Shown: piece after piece, positions 45,709 through 58,117 of the stretch | Layout of the letters: the number at the start of each line of letters is the position of its first letter | Position numbering within the stretch: the stretch's first letter is position 1 | Source: Piromyces finnis finn | Lineage: Eukaryota; Fungi; Neocallimastigomycota | Length of the DNA stretch: 64,000 nt | Reading direction: 5' to 3' | Assembly (NCBI GenBank): GCA_002104945.1 | Contig: MCFH01000023.1 | Span: 558,001 to 622,000, forward strand | The notes under the pieces: model-generated | What the model was told of the DNA's origin: nothing | The model's database searches: none | What the model saw: the letters and a program-made list of their open reading frames with translations, nothing else | Program-made: the position numbers and the translations under genes

Positions 45709-48700
45709 TTTGATTTTAATATACAATTATAAAAAGTGGGGGAAACTATGAGGTTTTTGGTGTTATTAGAAAATGTTATTTTATAATATTTTTTTTCTAA
45801 TAAATATTGATATTTTTCATAAAAGTTTTTTTTTTTATGTATATAATTTTTAAATGTTTTTTTTTTTTTAAATAAATATATATATATTGTTAATTGTTGT
45901 TTAATTTAGGTTGTTAATTTATTTAAACTTCAAATTCACTTTTTATTTCTATATTAAATATTATACAACTATTATATATATATATATATATATTTTTTTT
46001 TTTTTTGCTTTTATTTAAAATCAGCTACAATAAAATATGTATATATAATATATTACAAAAACGTTTGTGTGTTATTTAAACACTTTTAAACGAATTTCTT
46101 TTTAAAAATAATAATAATAATAATAATAAAATAAAATAAAATAAATAATTAACTTTTATAATACTTTAAAAATTCTTTATTTTAAAATTATGCAATCTAA
46201 ATTTTTTAAAAAAAATTTTTTTTCCAGAATTTTAATTTTTCTCAAAAGATTTTTTTTTTAAATTAAAAAAATAATAGATTTTAATATATATTAATTATAT
46301 TATAATATATTTTACTATTCTTCTTTAAATTAAAATAAAAATTCTTTTTATCAAACTTTATTTAATAATAAATCTTTACACTTTTTATTGTTTTTTTTCT
46401 TTAATATAAAATAAAAAATAATATTATTAAATAAATATTTTAAATAATATTATGAATAACATGATTATAGCAAGTATTAATAATCTTTGGTTTATGACTT
46501 TTAACTCTAAATGGTTGTTATATATTTGTTTTTTTTATTATCACTATATTCTTATGATTTTAAAATATAATTATTGTTTTTTATAAAGTAAAAAAATCAT
46601 CAAATTTTTATTATTATTTAAAAAGAAAAAAACGGCCTAATTAAATCTATGGTAATAATTCTTATACTATTTAATAACAACAACAGTACATATTAATAAT
46701 AATATATTATTTCAATAAAAGATTTATCCATTAATAAATTAGTTTACATTATTATATATATTGAAAATTATTTTTAATATATGCAAAAAGTTTAATTTAA
46801 TATAACTTTAATATACGGTATATATTATAGCGTATTAGAAAACATTAAATATTATATTTATTTTTTTTTCTTGAATATTTTGTCTATTAAGGTAATGTAT
46901 TAGAGTTTATTTAATTAAACAGAACAATAGAGTTAGCAATAAAAATGCTATTGGATTATAATATTAATATAAATTAAATCATTGATTCCAATATAGAATT
47001 TTAATATTTTTTAAATATATAGGGTTACACGAAATAATAATATTTATTATTTTCTTTCCATTAGGAATATAAACTTTAATTTATAATAAAATACATCCTC
47101 CTTGTGAAGCACAACAATAAAAATAATAAAAGGTTAGTTTATTTCTACATTAAAAAAATAAATAAAAATACCTATTTTTATAAATTGACAGTTTTCCTTT
47201 TTAATAATCACTATTTTAGTTTGTATTAATCACAGCTTCACTTATCATATATTTATTGATATTTTAATAGAATTAAATACCTTATCTACTAATTAATCAT
47301 TTGAACTATATAGAAAAGGGTAGATTTCAGATTAAGAAAAATTAAATTATATCAAATTTATTAATTTATTAATTTCCTATTTAGTTTTAATTATACCAAA
47401 TCACAAAAAATTTGAACTTCTTTGAAAAGTAATTTAAGAGGACATTATTAAAAGCGTCATTCCACCTACCATTAAAGGTGTCATTCATATTTTTTATATT
47501 TTATTAAATAATAATATTTTAAGTGCTTATAGTTATTACTTAATTATTTTTAAAATTTAACAGAGTCAAAGGTAATTATTATTTTAATTCTTAAATTTTT
47601 AATATATATATATTAACTTAAATTAAGGTTAATATTATTATAGATATAAAAATATTACTCATCACAGTCAGAAATTGTAAATAAAAAAAACAAGTATAAT
47701 ATCTTTAAAAAACTAATTATTAAACATATAGGTATCACATTCCTCTATCATGATTATTTGAAATAATAAAGTATTATCAAATTAATTGCATTATTGGTAA
47801 TTAAAAAGTAATATTTTTATATGTTTATATTAATAGACTACATTTTCATATTAAAAGATTTAATTCTAATTTATAGAAAGGTATTGAAGCATTTTACAAC
47901 ATAATTTTTATAATATATTATGGCTTTGGTAGCATTATATAAATTATTATATCTATGAATATTGATATAATAATTATTATTACATTTCTATTAAATTCCC
48001 TAAAAAAAAGAAATCAAAATTAAATTAGTCATTATACTAAAGATTAAAATTACAGTTTCCTATATTTGTATTAATTCATTGTTTTTTTTTTTTTTTTTTT
48101 AATATTAATACTTTTTTTAAAATTATATATTTAATATATTTCATTTCAAAAAAGGAAATAAAAAATTATTAAAAATGGCTTATAACAAAGAGGCAATAAG
48201 AAAAAAAAAAGTATATTTTATACTAAAATATAATATATAATAGCTTATGGAGAAAAGGTAATCTTTAGAAAGCCTTTATTTTGAACAATTTATTATATAA
48301 TTAATAGTAACAATTCAATCTATATAATAAAAAAAGAATATTTTTAATTTAAAGTTCATTAAAGATAAAAATAATATTTATGATACTTTATCCATTTTTA
48401 TTGTTTAATATTACATCTTTCTTTTATATTTCCATTATTAAAGCTGACTTTTATAAATTAATTTTTTATTTAAAAAAAAAAGTAAAGGTTAAATGTAATT
48501 TTTTATATTTTAAATATTTTAATTAGAATGAACAACCTTTAAAATGCATATATTAATGATGAGATGAGTTAAAGGATTTATGATAATAAATCATGTACTA
48601 TTGAGTCTTTTATTAACTTTGATATTTAATATATTGGCTGAAATGTGTCTAATTGATATTTGCTAGTTTATTCCTATTTTTTAATAAAATTAGATTGTTG

Positions 48701-49569
48701 GACAACATAAAATTATAATATGTTACACCATTATTTGTTATTGTAATACATTCTTTTACAATATAAAAAAGGAAAAAATGTTGTACAATTTTCTCTTTTC
48801 AAAGATTTTTTTAGAAAAAATTATAAAATACAGAAAATATTTAAGAATATGATTGGCTATATAATATGTTATTAATAGTATACATTTTCATATAAAAAGC
48901 CATTAAATTTCCTTTTTATTTTTAAAAAAACGTGGTAAAATAAGAAGAAAATATTAATAAATACTTGAATAATAAAATGTTTATAGTAATTATTAATATG
49001 AAGTAGGTAAAAAAAAATTGTTAATAAAATAGAGAATAATAAACGATGATTAAGGATGTAGGTAGCATTAGATTAGTGTATCCTTATGTATTTTCATACA
49101 TTTGGTAGGCACTAATCACCCAAGGTGATGTATAATACTATCCTTAGAGTCGAAGATAGAACTATTTTTTTGTTGGAAAGGTAGTTATAGAATAGGATAG
49201 CTTCTTTTAGTTGATCCTTGAGCGTTTTTTCTTTTGACTCTTTTGTCAAGTTAAGACTGTTCGGTGAAGCTTTAAGGTTCCAGGTTATTTTATTCTTATC
49301 TTTTTAACAAAGAAATTATTACCATATATTCTATATCTTTTCGGAAAAGTATCACGATAACCTCGGTTATTGTATACTGACTCGTCACTATGTGGCGTTG
49401 ATCGTTGAGGTAAACCATATGGAAAACAATCAAAAACACGATTTTATTAATCAATTTTAATGTGAAAATCTTAAAAAACAAAAAAATATGGAATAAATGT
49501 TTTTCAATAATGATTTTAATTAATGGAATTTTTTATTTTTTAAACAAAAATCCATATAATATATTTTAT

Positions 49570-50043
49570 AATTCATTTATTCTTGTAGTGGCTAGTCAAA
49601 CCTAGCGGCAATACATTTAGTATTATGGATTCTTTATTAGATGGAATGACTTGGTTCTTTTTTTTTATTATTATTATTATTTTTTTTTTTACATTTGTCT
49701 ATTTTCAATTTTTTGATTTTTAAAATAACTGCATTCAATAATAAGTGGTAAGGATTCAAAAAAAAAAAAAAAAAAAAAAAAAAGATGACAAAAGACCACA
49801 AAATGTAATATCTTCAAATGTTTTTAATTTAATTTCTTATTGATTGTAAATTGAAAATCAAAGGTATAAAAGATCTAGTTGAAAAAAAAAAAAAACATAA
49901 TTTATAATTAATGTTACAACGAATGGCATTTTATACTTTTTTATTTTTTTTCTAATTAGTTAAAAAAAAAATCTAATGAAAAATACGCAACACTAAATGT
50001 ATTGCCTCTAGTTTTGACTAGCCACTACAAGAATAAATGAATT
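49570..50043. mobile_element. MITE-like non-autonomous element with 52-bp terminal inverted repeats
   Basis: 49570-49621 and 49992-50043 are reverse complements with 50/52 identity; AT-rich interior with no long ORF. Confidence 0.65.
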
Positions 50044-50799
50044 AAATATTTTTTTTTATTTTATTAAAAGTAAATTTTATAAAAAAATATATATATAAAT
50101 TAGGATCATTTAATATTAAATCATTAAACTATTTATAATTAAATAAAAAAAATTTTTTTTTTCATTTATTAAAAGAAAGAATTTTCCTTTTTTGTTCATT
50201 TATTACATGAGTAATTTTTTTTTTTTTTTTTGTTACAAATGCGTTTTTTTTTTTAAAGGAAAAAAATATGTAATAGTGAATGTAATAAATATAAAAAAAT
50301 TTAAAAAGGTAGAATAATTAATAATAATAATGTATAATTATAATGTATTTTTTTTTTCTTATTTTATTTTTTTAATTATAAATTAGAAATGCCACTATTC
50401 TATTTGAAAAATGTATAATCAAAATTGAATATTAAAAATGGTAATTGTATATTTTTAAAAAATACTAGTAATATTAAAAAGAAAACTAAAAAAAAATAAA
50501 AAAATTTTTTATTATATGATCTAAATAATATTTTAATTATTTTAATTTATTTTATTTCAATGAAAACTGTGATAATAAAAAAATAAACTATATATATACA
50601 CATAATAAAACTTAAAATGAAAAATTACTTTTTTTTAATCTATAGAATATTTAATTTTTTATATTCTATCTCTAATGTTGGTCTAATTTTTGATAACATT
50701 TACAAAATGAAAATAATAAATATGTATAAAAAAAAAAAAAAAAAAAAAACATATATATAAAGTATATACAATTTGATTATTATTTATATTGATAATATT

Positions 50800-52926
50800 T
50801 TAGTAATAAGCCAAAACATCAAAACCAGAAGTATATGGAAGATTATAGGTTTTATCATAATTGTAAAAAGAGGTAAAATCTTTATTTAAACAATTATTAA
50901 ATGTATGATCTGTTGCGGTATTAAAGGTTGAATCAATGGATGAATTTTTATCGGTTAAGGAAGTGTTAATGTATGATTTTTGTGAATCTTGATAATAGTT
51001 ATCAAATAATGGGGTTTGATAAGGATAAGAGTTTTTTTTGAAGGAAGGTTTTCGATGAATATTTGAATTGGCATCATCGGCATTATATTGTTTATAATAA
51101 TCAGTGGGTTGGGCATAGGTAGATTTTATAGAGGAATGACTTTTATTGGAGATAGAGTTTGATTTTAGAATGGTATCAGATTGTTGATCAAGATAAGGAC
51201 ATGAGATAGACTTTTTTAAATAATTAGAATTAATGAAAGAAGAAGATAAAGAAGGAATAGATTTTTTATCATTTTTGGTAGTAGAGACATTACTATTCCT
51301 TTTTGCATCCATTCGAGTTGAATTTTGATAACGAGTGAATGAACGATGAATAGAATTAGTTCTTTTGGGAACATTCATATTATTCAGATGGGTAGATGAA
51401 TTATCTTTCAACGAGGAGTTGGATTTGGTTTGTATAGGGGTAAAATTATCATGTGATTGTCTTTTTACCTCACAAGATAATAAAATATTATTTTTCTCCT
51501 CTTGTTGTTTCTGCATTTTCTGTTCCATCAATTCTCTTTCTTTTCTATTTTTACGAATTCGATTCACTAATTGCTGATAGAGAGGACTAATAATATTTGG
51601 ATTTTTCTTCTTTTTTAATATAAAATCAAATAAATTAGTCGACGTTGAACTTTTTTGGCTATTTGATAATTCTTTGGAGGGTTCTATTGCCTTTGAACAA
51701 TCTGTCTCATTTCTTTCAACATTTATAAAAAGTTGTTCATCAAATAAAGCTTTATCATAGGAATCATAGTCATGATCATCTAACGATTGCATGTAATAGT
51801 CTGTTCGGTAAAGAATTTTTATTTGCTTTTCACGATACCTTCTTTTTAATAAAGTATCAAATTCCGCAGTATTAAATATACCGTCTTTATTAATTGGTAA
51901 AAATTTAAAAAAATCCTTTTTATCAGGAAGTGGATTGTTTGGCTTCTCTTTTTGTATTTTCCCTACCCTTTCTCTTTCCATTGAGTTTTTCATTTTATTT
52001 TTCATATGGATAATACTAACACCTCTCGGTGGTATTGGTAATGGCTCTTTTATTTCATTGTTTTTACTTTTTTTTTCTTTATCCTTCAATGATGAAATCT
52101 GTAAGTTTTGTTCAACACTATCTTTACTGCTATCACTATTAAAAATATAAAACTCTTGATCTGATTTTGAATAAAGATGACCTTTTCTTTTATTACTATT
52201 AAATTCTACTTCTTGATGGTCTTTATTTTCTAAATTTTTACTTTGATTCTTTTTTTTAGGGTAGATCAAAGTATCTGATTGAGATAAATCATTTTCATTA
52301 TTCTTTTCTTCTTTTTTTTCGTTTTCTTCTTCTTCCTGAGAAGTATTAACATTTACTTTTATTTTTGATTGTAATGGACTTAGACAAAGCTTACTTTTTG
52401 TATCATTATGGAAATAGAATACTTTATTCACAGGATTCCCCATTTCATCATCCTCATATTCATTGTCATCACTATAATTTATTTCTTCCAACATTTTATT
52501 TATTATTTCACTTTCCTTTTCATAAATTTTAAAGTCATCCAATGCATCCTTTTTATCATTTTTATATTCTTGTTTTCTTTGTGAGAGATTAATTAGAGTT
52601 TCAGTACTATTTTGACGTGTTAAATCACCATCATAGGAATTCTCATCACTACTTTTATTACTATTTTCAAAATTAGTAATGGTGAAATTATAATGAGTTT
52701 CATTAATATCTATATTTTTTGTATGATACTTTTCGATTTGACTGTAGTTATAATAAAAATCATAATCTTCAAATTTTGATATTTCTTTTAAATTTTTACA
52801 TTTGTTTGGGTATAAATTTTCATTATAATAATCATCGCTAATAATAGTTCCATCTGACATTGATTCGCTTTCACTCCCTGAATCTATTTTTGAGTTTTCT
52901 CTTTTCAGTAAAGTATTATTCATCAT
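50800..52926 (-). CDS. Hypothetical ~710-aa Ser/Lys/Asn-rich, largely disordered protein
   Basis: Uninterrupted 2.1-kb ORF in AT-rich DNA; first ATG pair at 52926/52923; an upstream exon is possible; no recognised domain. Confidence 0.75.
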   Translation of the reverse strand: MMNNTLLKRENSKIDSGSESESMSDGTIISDDYYNENLYPNKCKNLKEISKFEDYDFYYNYSQIEKYHTKNIDINETHYNFTITNFENSNKSSDENSYDGDLTRQNSTETLINLSQRKQEYKNDKKDALDDFKIYEKESEIINKMLEEINYSDDNEYEDDEMGNPVNKVFYFHNDTKSKLCLSPLQSKIKVNVNTSQEEEENEKKEEKNNENDLSQSDTLIYPKKKNQSKNLENKDHQEVEFNSNKRKGHLYSKSDQEFYIFNSDSSKDSVEQNLQISSLKDKEKKSKNNEIKEPLPIPPRGVSIIHMKNKMKNSMERERVGKIQKEKPNNPLPDKKDFFKFLPINKDGIFNTAEFDTLLKRRYREKQIKILYRTDYYMQSLDDHDYDSYDKALFDEQLFINVERNETDCSKAIEPSKELSNSQKSSTSTNLFDFILKKKKNPNIISPLYQQLVNRIRKNRKERELMEQKMQKQQEEKNNILLSCEVKRQSHDNFTPIQTKSNSSLKDNSSTHLNNMNVPKRTNSIHRSFTRYQNSTRMDAKRNSNVSTTKNDKKSIPSLSSSFINSNYLKKSISCPYLDQQSDTILKSNSISNKSHSSIKSTYAQPTDYYKQYNADDANSNIHRKPSFKKNSYPYQTPLFDNYYQDSQKSYINTSLTDKNSSIDSTFNTATDHTFNNCLNKDFTSFYNYDKTYNLPYTSGFDVLAYY

Positions 52927-54685
52927 TTCTCTCTCTCTTTTTTTTTCTTGTATTTGACTGTCAAAATAAATCAAATTATCTACTACACAATTAAATATAT
53001 ACTATAATAATAGTTAATAAAATAAACTCTAAAGCTTTTAATTTACAGATAAATGATGATCCTATATAATCATAGTATTTAAACATAAATGTGATATAAA
53101 GGATAAATCTTCAAACTTTTTTTTTATAAAAAAAAAAAAAAAAAAAAAAAAGATATTCTAATAATATTATTAAATTATTGTATTATATATTTTCTTCTCT
53201 CTTGATAAATAAGTTACTGTTGCTAGAATTAAAAAATTTAAAATTAAAAAATTTCATAACTATTCTTTTTTTTTTTTTTTAGTACAATTAAAAAAAGAGG
53301 AAAAATACCAAAGTATTTATAAGAATTAAAAATTCATCCATAAACTAATTTATATTAATAAAATAAATTACTCATTAAAAAAATTGAATTCGCAATTTTT
53401 AAAAATTTTCTATAAGCTATTAGGGATTTATTTAATGGATTATCATCTTAATATTTATTTACAATATATTTTAATATATTATTAGACCATATATAATTTA
53501 ATTAATTCATATTAATATACTTTGTTTTTTTAAAGTGTACTTAAATTAAAAATATTCTCTTTTTTTTTTAAAATAATAAACATTTTAATTAGAAATATAT
53601 AATTTATATCAAAAAGAGATATTATTCTATGATACAGTTGACATAATCATAAATTAAATTTTATTAATTCATATATTATTTAATTAAATGAAATAGATAA
53701 TTTAAAAATAGGAAATGAAACTTTATTTATAATAAGTTATTATATCTTGAAAGTAATCAAATAAAATATCATATTAATATATAATAATTTTGTATATTAT
53801 ATTAAAAAAAATAATAAGTAATTTAATTTATATATATGTTAATATATGAATCATTATAATGGCTTAAATATACTGATTGATAATTAAAAAAAAAATAAAT
53901 TAAAGAATTTGGGAATTAATTTTACATTTTAAATGATGTACAAAAAAGGTGTAATGTAGATTATTGACCAATAAAATAATACATGAAATTTATGTACAAA
54001 TTTTGAATTTGTTTTCATTTTTTTTGTAACCAACAAAATTTTTTTTCCTTTTTTCAATTGCCTGAAATACAAAAAAAAAGATAATTATATATAAAAAGGA
54101 AATCTTCTTTTCCACTCAAAAGGAATTGTAACGAATAGAAAGTTTACTCAATAAATTATGCATGATTCATTATCCATTTGAATTAGAATGAATAAACATA
54201 TGTAAGACATGTAACCTTCTGTAGATCAATTATGCATAAATCAAGTATTTTAAATGCATTTAAAAAAATGAAAATAAACCTTTTTTTAAAAAAAAAAAAA
54301 TTTAACAAGCACATGGTATTTTTTTTATTATCATCAAATGTGGTTTATAAAGAACAACTTTTTTTCGATAATGCACTTTATTAATTTGATTCTTTCTAAT
54401 TTAGAATTAGAATTATTACCATTAAATTCATAATCAATGCCTAAGCATAGTTTTAAGATTTAGAATAAATCAATCAATATAATTGTTTATTTTCTATCCA
54501 ATAATATCATTAATGTATTCTTCATCTAATGTAAATCATAAAAACTTTAAAAATGTCTCTAAAAAAATGTAAAATTAGCATGGTAACACTAAATGGAAAC
54601 ATGAACAAATGAACAAATAGTAGAGCTGATCATTGACATGATCGGAATCATTCATTCCATAAGCTTGCAGATAATCAAAAAAAAA

Positions 54686-54719
<34 letters not shown>

Positions 54720-56353
54720 AAATAAATAAAAAATGATTATACATAAAAAAGTTTCAATTCACTATAATGTAATAAAAAATAATTATAAAAAATGTGTTTA
54801 TTTTCTATCATTAATGATTTGTTAATAAATAAAAAAAAAATTATTTTCCATATTAAAAAAAATAATTCTAAATTTAGAAAAAAAAAATTGTTTTTTTTTA
54901 TTTGTTTATTTATTGATTGATATATTTGATTTGATAAAATATTAAAGGTTTTATTTATATAATACAACAAAAGAGAGGGAAAAAAAAGGAAATTTTTTTA
55001 CTTTTATTTTTTTTTTTTTTTTTTTGAAACGATTACTTATTTATCATAAAATATAAAAAAAAAAAAAAAAAAGATAAAAATTTAAAACCTTTAACTAAAA
55101 TAGACTATCGATATAAACATAGAAATACATAGGTATAAAAAGAAAAAAAAGGATACTATTGTAATTAAAAAAAAAAAAAAGACTAAAATTTTTGATTTAA
55201 CTAAAAAAAATAAAAACTATTTTACTATAATTCCTTTTATGAATTTTTTTTTTTTTTTTTTTTTGCATATATAAACTATTTTTTATTTTATTTTAAATTA
55301 TTTTTTTTTATTCATTTATTGTCCTATCAACAAATAAATAAATAGATTTTAAAAGGTGAGGTGTATTGATTGACTTTTCAAACACTATTCAATTTTTTTT
55401 TTTTAAATTGAATTTAGAAATAGTCAACCACCTTTCAAAATTAAAAATAATAAATAAAAAGAAAAAAAAAAGGTTATTAATCTTTATATCTTTTTTAAAA
55501 TAAAAGGTAGGAAGGGGTTTTTTTATATTATTATTACTATTTATTTGTTTTTTTGTTCTTTTGCTTTTTTTTTCTGAAAAAAAAAAATAAAGAATTAATA
55601 AATATTTGTTTTGTTTTTTATTAATAAATTATTTGTTTTTTTAATACTTAAAAGTTTTTTTTTTTTTATTTTACTAAATTTGCTTTTAATAATTGTACTG
55701 AATAAAGAAATTATATAAATTATTTTATTATATAAAAGAATTAACATATTTTTTTTAAAAGAAATTCTTTTTTTTAAAAAAAAAAAATAATAATAATAAA
55801 TAATTTAAAAAATAAATATGAATTAATCATTTATTATAAATTATTATATAATGCTGCTGAATAAATCATATTTATTTTTCGTATTTTTTCTCTTTTTTTT
55901 CCTCTTTTTTCCATTGCATTTTGAATTGGGTATAAAAAAAGATAATTTCCTTTTTGTTCATATTATATATATTATTATTTTCTTTTTTTTTTCTGTTCAT
56001 TTTCAAAAAAAAAAAGGTAGAAAGACATGATAAGGATGGCATTAAAATAAAAAAATTAATTGTAATATTATTAAATCCTATCAAAGGACTAATATTAGAA
56101 TTATTCTTTTACTTGTTGAGGACTTTTATACATTTTTTTCTTTTCATCCTTGGCATGTCATTGATTTTTCATGTTATTATTATTTGTTCCTTTTTCTACC
56201 CTTTTTTCAAAAAAATTACTTTTTTAAAAAAAATATATTTTAATTTTGAGAAGGCGATTTGCTATATTAAAGATTAAAAAGATTTGAATTGCTTTAAATA
56301 ATGATGGTATGTTTCAACCAATTAGATAATCAAGATATACATATTTTAGATAC

Positions 56354-58117
56354 TTAACAAGCAGCTTGTTGAGCTTCTAAATTTATCAATATTTGTCTAG
56401 CTTGGTTTAATTGTTCTTTTAATTGTTGATTTTCGGCCTTAGTTTCAATTAATTCAGTAGTGCATTCATTAATTAAAACACGTTCATCTCTTAATTTACT
56501 ACGAACGGCAATGATTTCATCACCAGTTTCAGTAGCCATAGCAAGTAAATCGTCCTTTTCATTTTCTAAGTATTGCTTATCTTTTTCAACAGCAGCATAT
56601 TCATTAGATAAAACATTTATCATGTCAATGAAGAGGTTAGCACACTTCTTGTAATGAGTAGCTTCAGCCCTAGTATCAAGTAATTCATTACCGAGTTCAT
56701 TGATTAAACTGTTGGAATCTTTAACCTTTGAACGTAAAGCAACAATTTCTTCTCCACTTTCATTAGCAAAGTTTAATAAATCTCTAGTTTCGTTTTCGTA
56801 CTTAGTAACCTTTTCGTTATTGGCATTTAACATGTTGGCAAGACCTTCAATAACAAGACAATATTGTTTATTTAAGGCCTTAACATCATCTAATTCTCTC
56901 TTAGCACAAATTAATTCATCACCACATTCATTCATGAATACATTTTGATCTCTGATCTTTTCACGAAGTTGTTGAATTTCTTCACCACTTTCGTTAGCAA
57001 GTAAAAGTAAATCGTTTTCTGTGTTTTCGAGTTTAATACATCTATCTCTAGATTTAACACATTCTTGACCTAAACCGTTTAATAAAAGACATAAGGCATT
57101 GTTTTCCTTAGTTAACTTTTCAATTTCATTCTTAGCTTCGTAGAATTCTTGACCAACTTCATTAATTAAATTGTTTTGATCTCTGTTAATAGATCTAAGA
57201 TGAACAATTTCTTCACCAGTTTCATTAGCAAAAGTGTTAAGATCACCGCATTCCTTTTGTAAATTTTCGTAGTCAGAGTTAGCAGACTTAAGTTCTTCAA
57301 CTAAACCAACAATAATTTGTTCGGAATTATGAATTTGTTGTTTTAATTGTTCAATATAACTGAAGGCAGATTCTAAATCGGCCTTAGCATCACAAAGTTC
57401 TTGACCACATTCATTGGCAAGTAAATTAGTATCTCTTTGCTTCATTTGAAGTCTTCTAATTTCTTCACCAGTTTCATTAGCCATAATTAAAAGATCATTT
57501 TCCTTTATTTTGTATTCTTCAATTTCACCGTAAGCTTCCTTTAAAGAGTAAGCTAAACCAGTAATGAGAGCTTCAACTTCTGGTTCAAGCTTGGTGATTT
57601 GAAGTTGATCCTTAATTTGTCTGTTAATTTCTTCTAAATCTCTGTCTTTTCTTAATAAATGTTCAATGCGTTTTTGAGCATCTTCGAGTTCACTTTGCTT
57701 TTTATTAAGTTCTCTTCTTTGTTTGTCTTGTTGGCGTAAAAGTTGTTCGTTCTTTTCAGTAGCAATCTTTAATTTTAATTGAGCACTTTTTAATTCAGAT
57801 TGGGAAAGCTTTAATTCAGAGTTAAGACGGTCAACGGCTTCACGATCACTGTATAAAGACATTTGTGGTTCTGACTTTAATGGAACATATTCACGAATGG
57901 TGATAACTTCCTTAGAAGAAGTATGGGTAGTAGTGTTTGGTGCACCAATAGTATTAACGCTACTAGTTTGAAGGGTGTTTGGAGAGAGAGAATCATTAGA
58001 AAGAGTAGAGGCTGAGCTAGATGGGTTTGGATCATTACTTAAATTAGAAAGAGTTCTTCCTCTCTTCTTGCTCTTAGACTTACTAGAATTGAAAAAAGCT
58101 GGGAAACAAGATGGCAT
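56354..58117 (-). CDS. 587-aa coiled-coil protein with 77/84-aa internal repeats
   Basis: Intronless ORF with a heptad pattern and recurring A(N/T)E(T/S)G(E/D)EI motifs; codon choice (GCT, AAG, TAC, TTC) differs from the neighbouring AT-biased genes. Confidence 0.9.
   Translation of the reverse strand: MPSCFPAFFNSSKSKSKKRGRTLSNLSNDPNPSSSASTLSNDSLSPNTLQTSSVNTIGAPNTTTHTSSKEVITIREYVPLKSEPQMSLYSDREAVDRLNSELKLSQSELKSAQLKLKIATEKNEQLLRQQDKQRRELNKKQSELEDAQKRIEHLLRKDRDLEEINRQIKDQLQITKLEPEVEALITGLAYSLKEAYGEIEEYKIKENDLLIMANETGEEIRRLQMKQRDTNLLANECGQELCDAKADLESAFSYIEQLKQQIHNSEQIIVGLVEELKSANSDYENLQKECGDLNTFANETGEEIVHLRSINRDQNNLINEVGQEFYEAKNEIEKLTKENNALCLLLNGLGQECVKSRDRCIKLENTENDLLLLANESGEEIQQLREKIRDQNVFMNECGDELICAKRELDDVKALNKQYCLVIEGLANMLNANNEKVTKYENETRDLLNFANESGEEIVALRSKVKDSNSLINELGNELLDTRAEATHYKKCANLFIDMINVLSNEYAAVEKDKQYLENEKDDLLAMATETGDEIIAVRSKLRDERVLINECTTELIETKAENQQLKEQLNQARQILINLEAQQAAC

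Noticed and set aside
49041-49210. Assignment of the GC island as U11, U12 or U4atac
   Set aside because: Partial matches (TGATTAAGGA, ATCCTT, CAAGGTGA) are not in the order or spacing of those RNAs, and the U6atac-pairing segments are missing; kept only as an unexplained island.
54590-54665. Small nested hairpins (CTGATCAT/ATGATCGG)
   Set aside because: Short stems, no snoRNA boxes or other family motif, and no second copy in the window.
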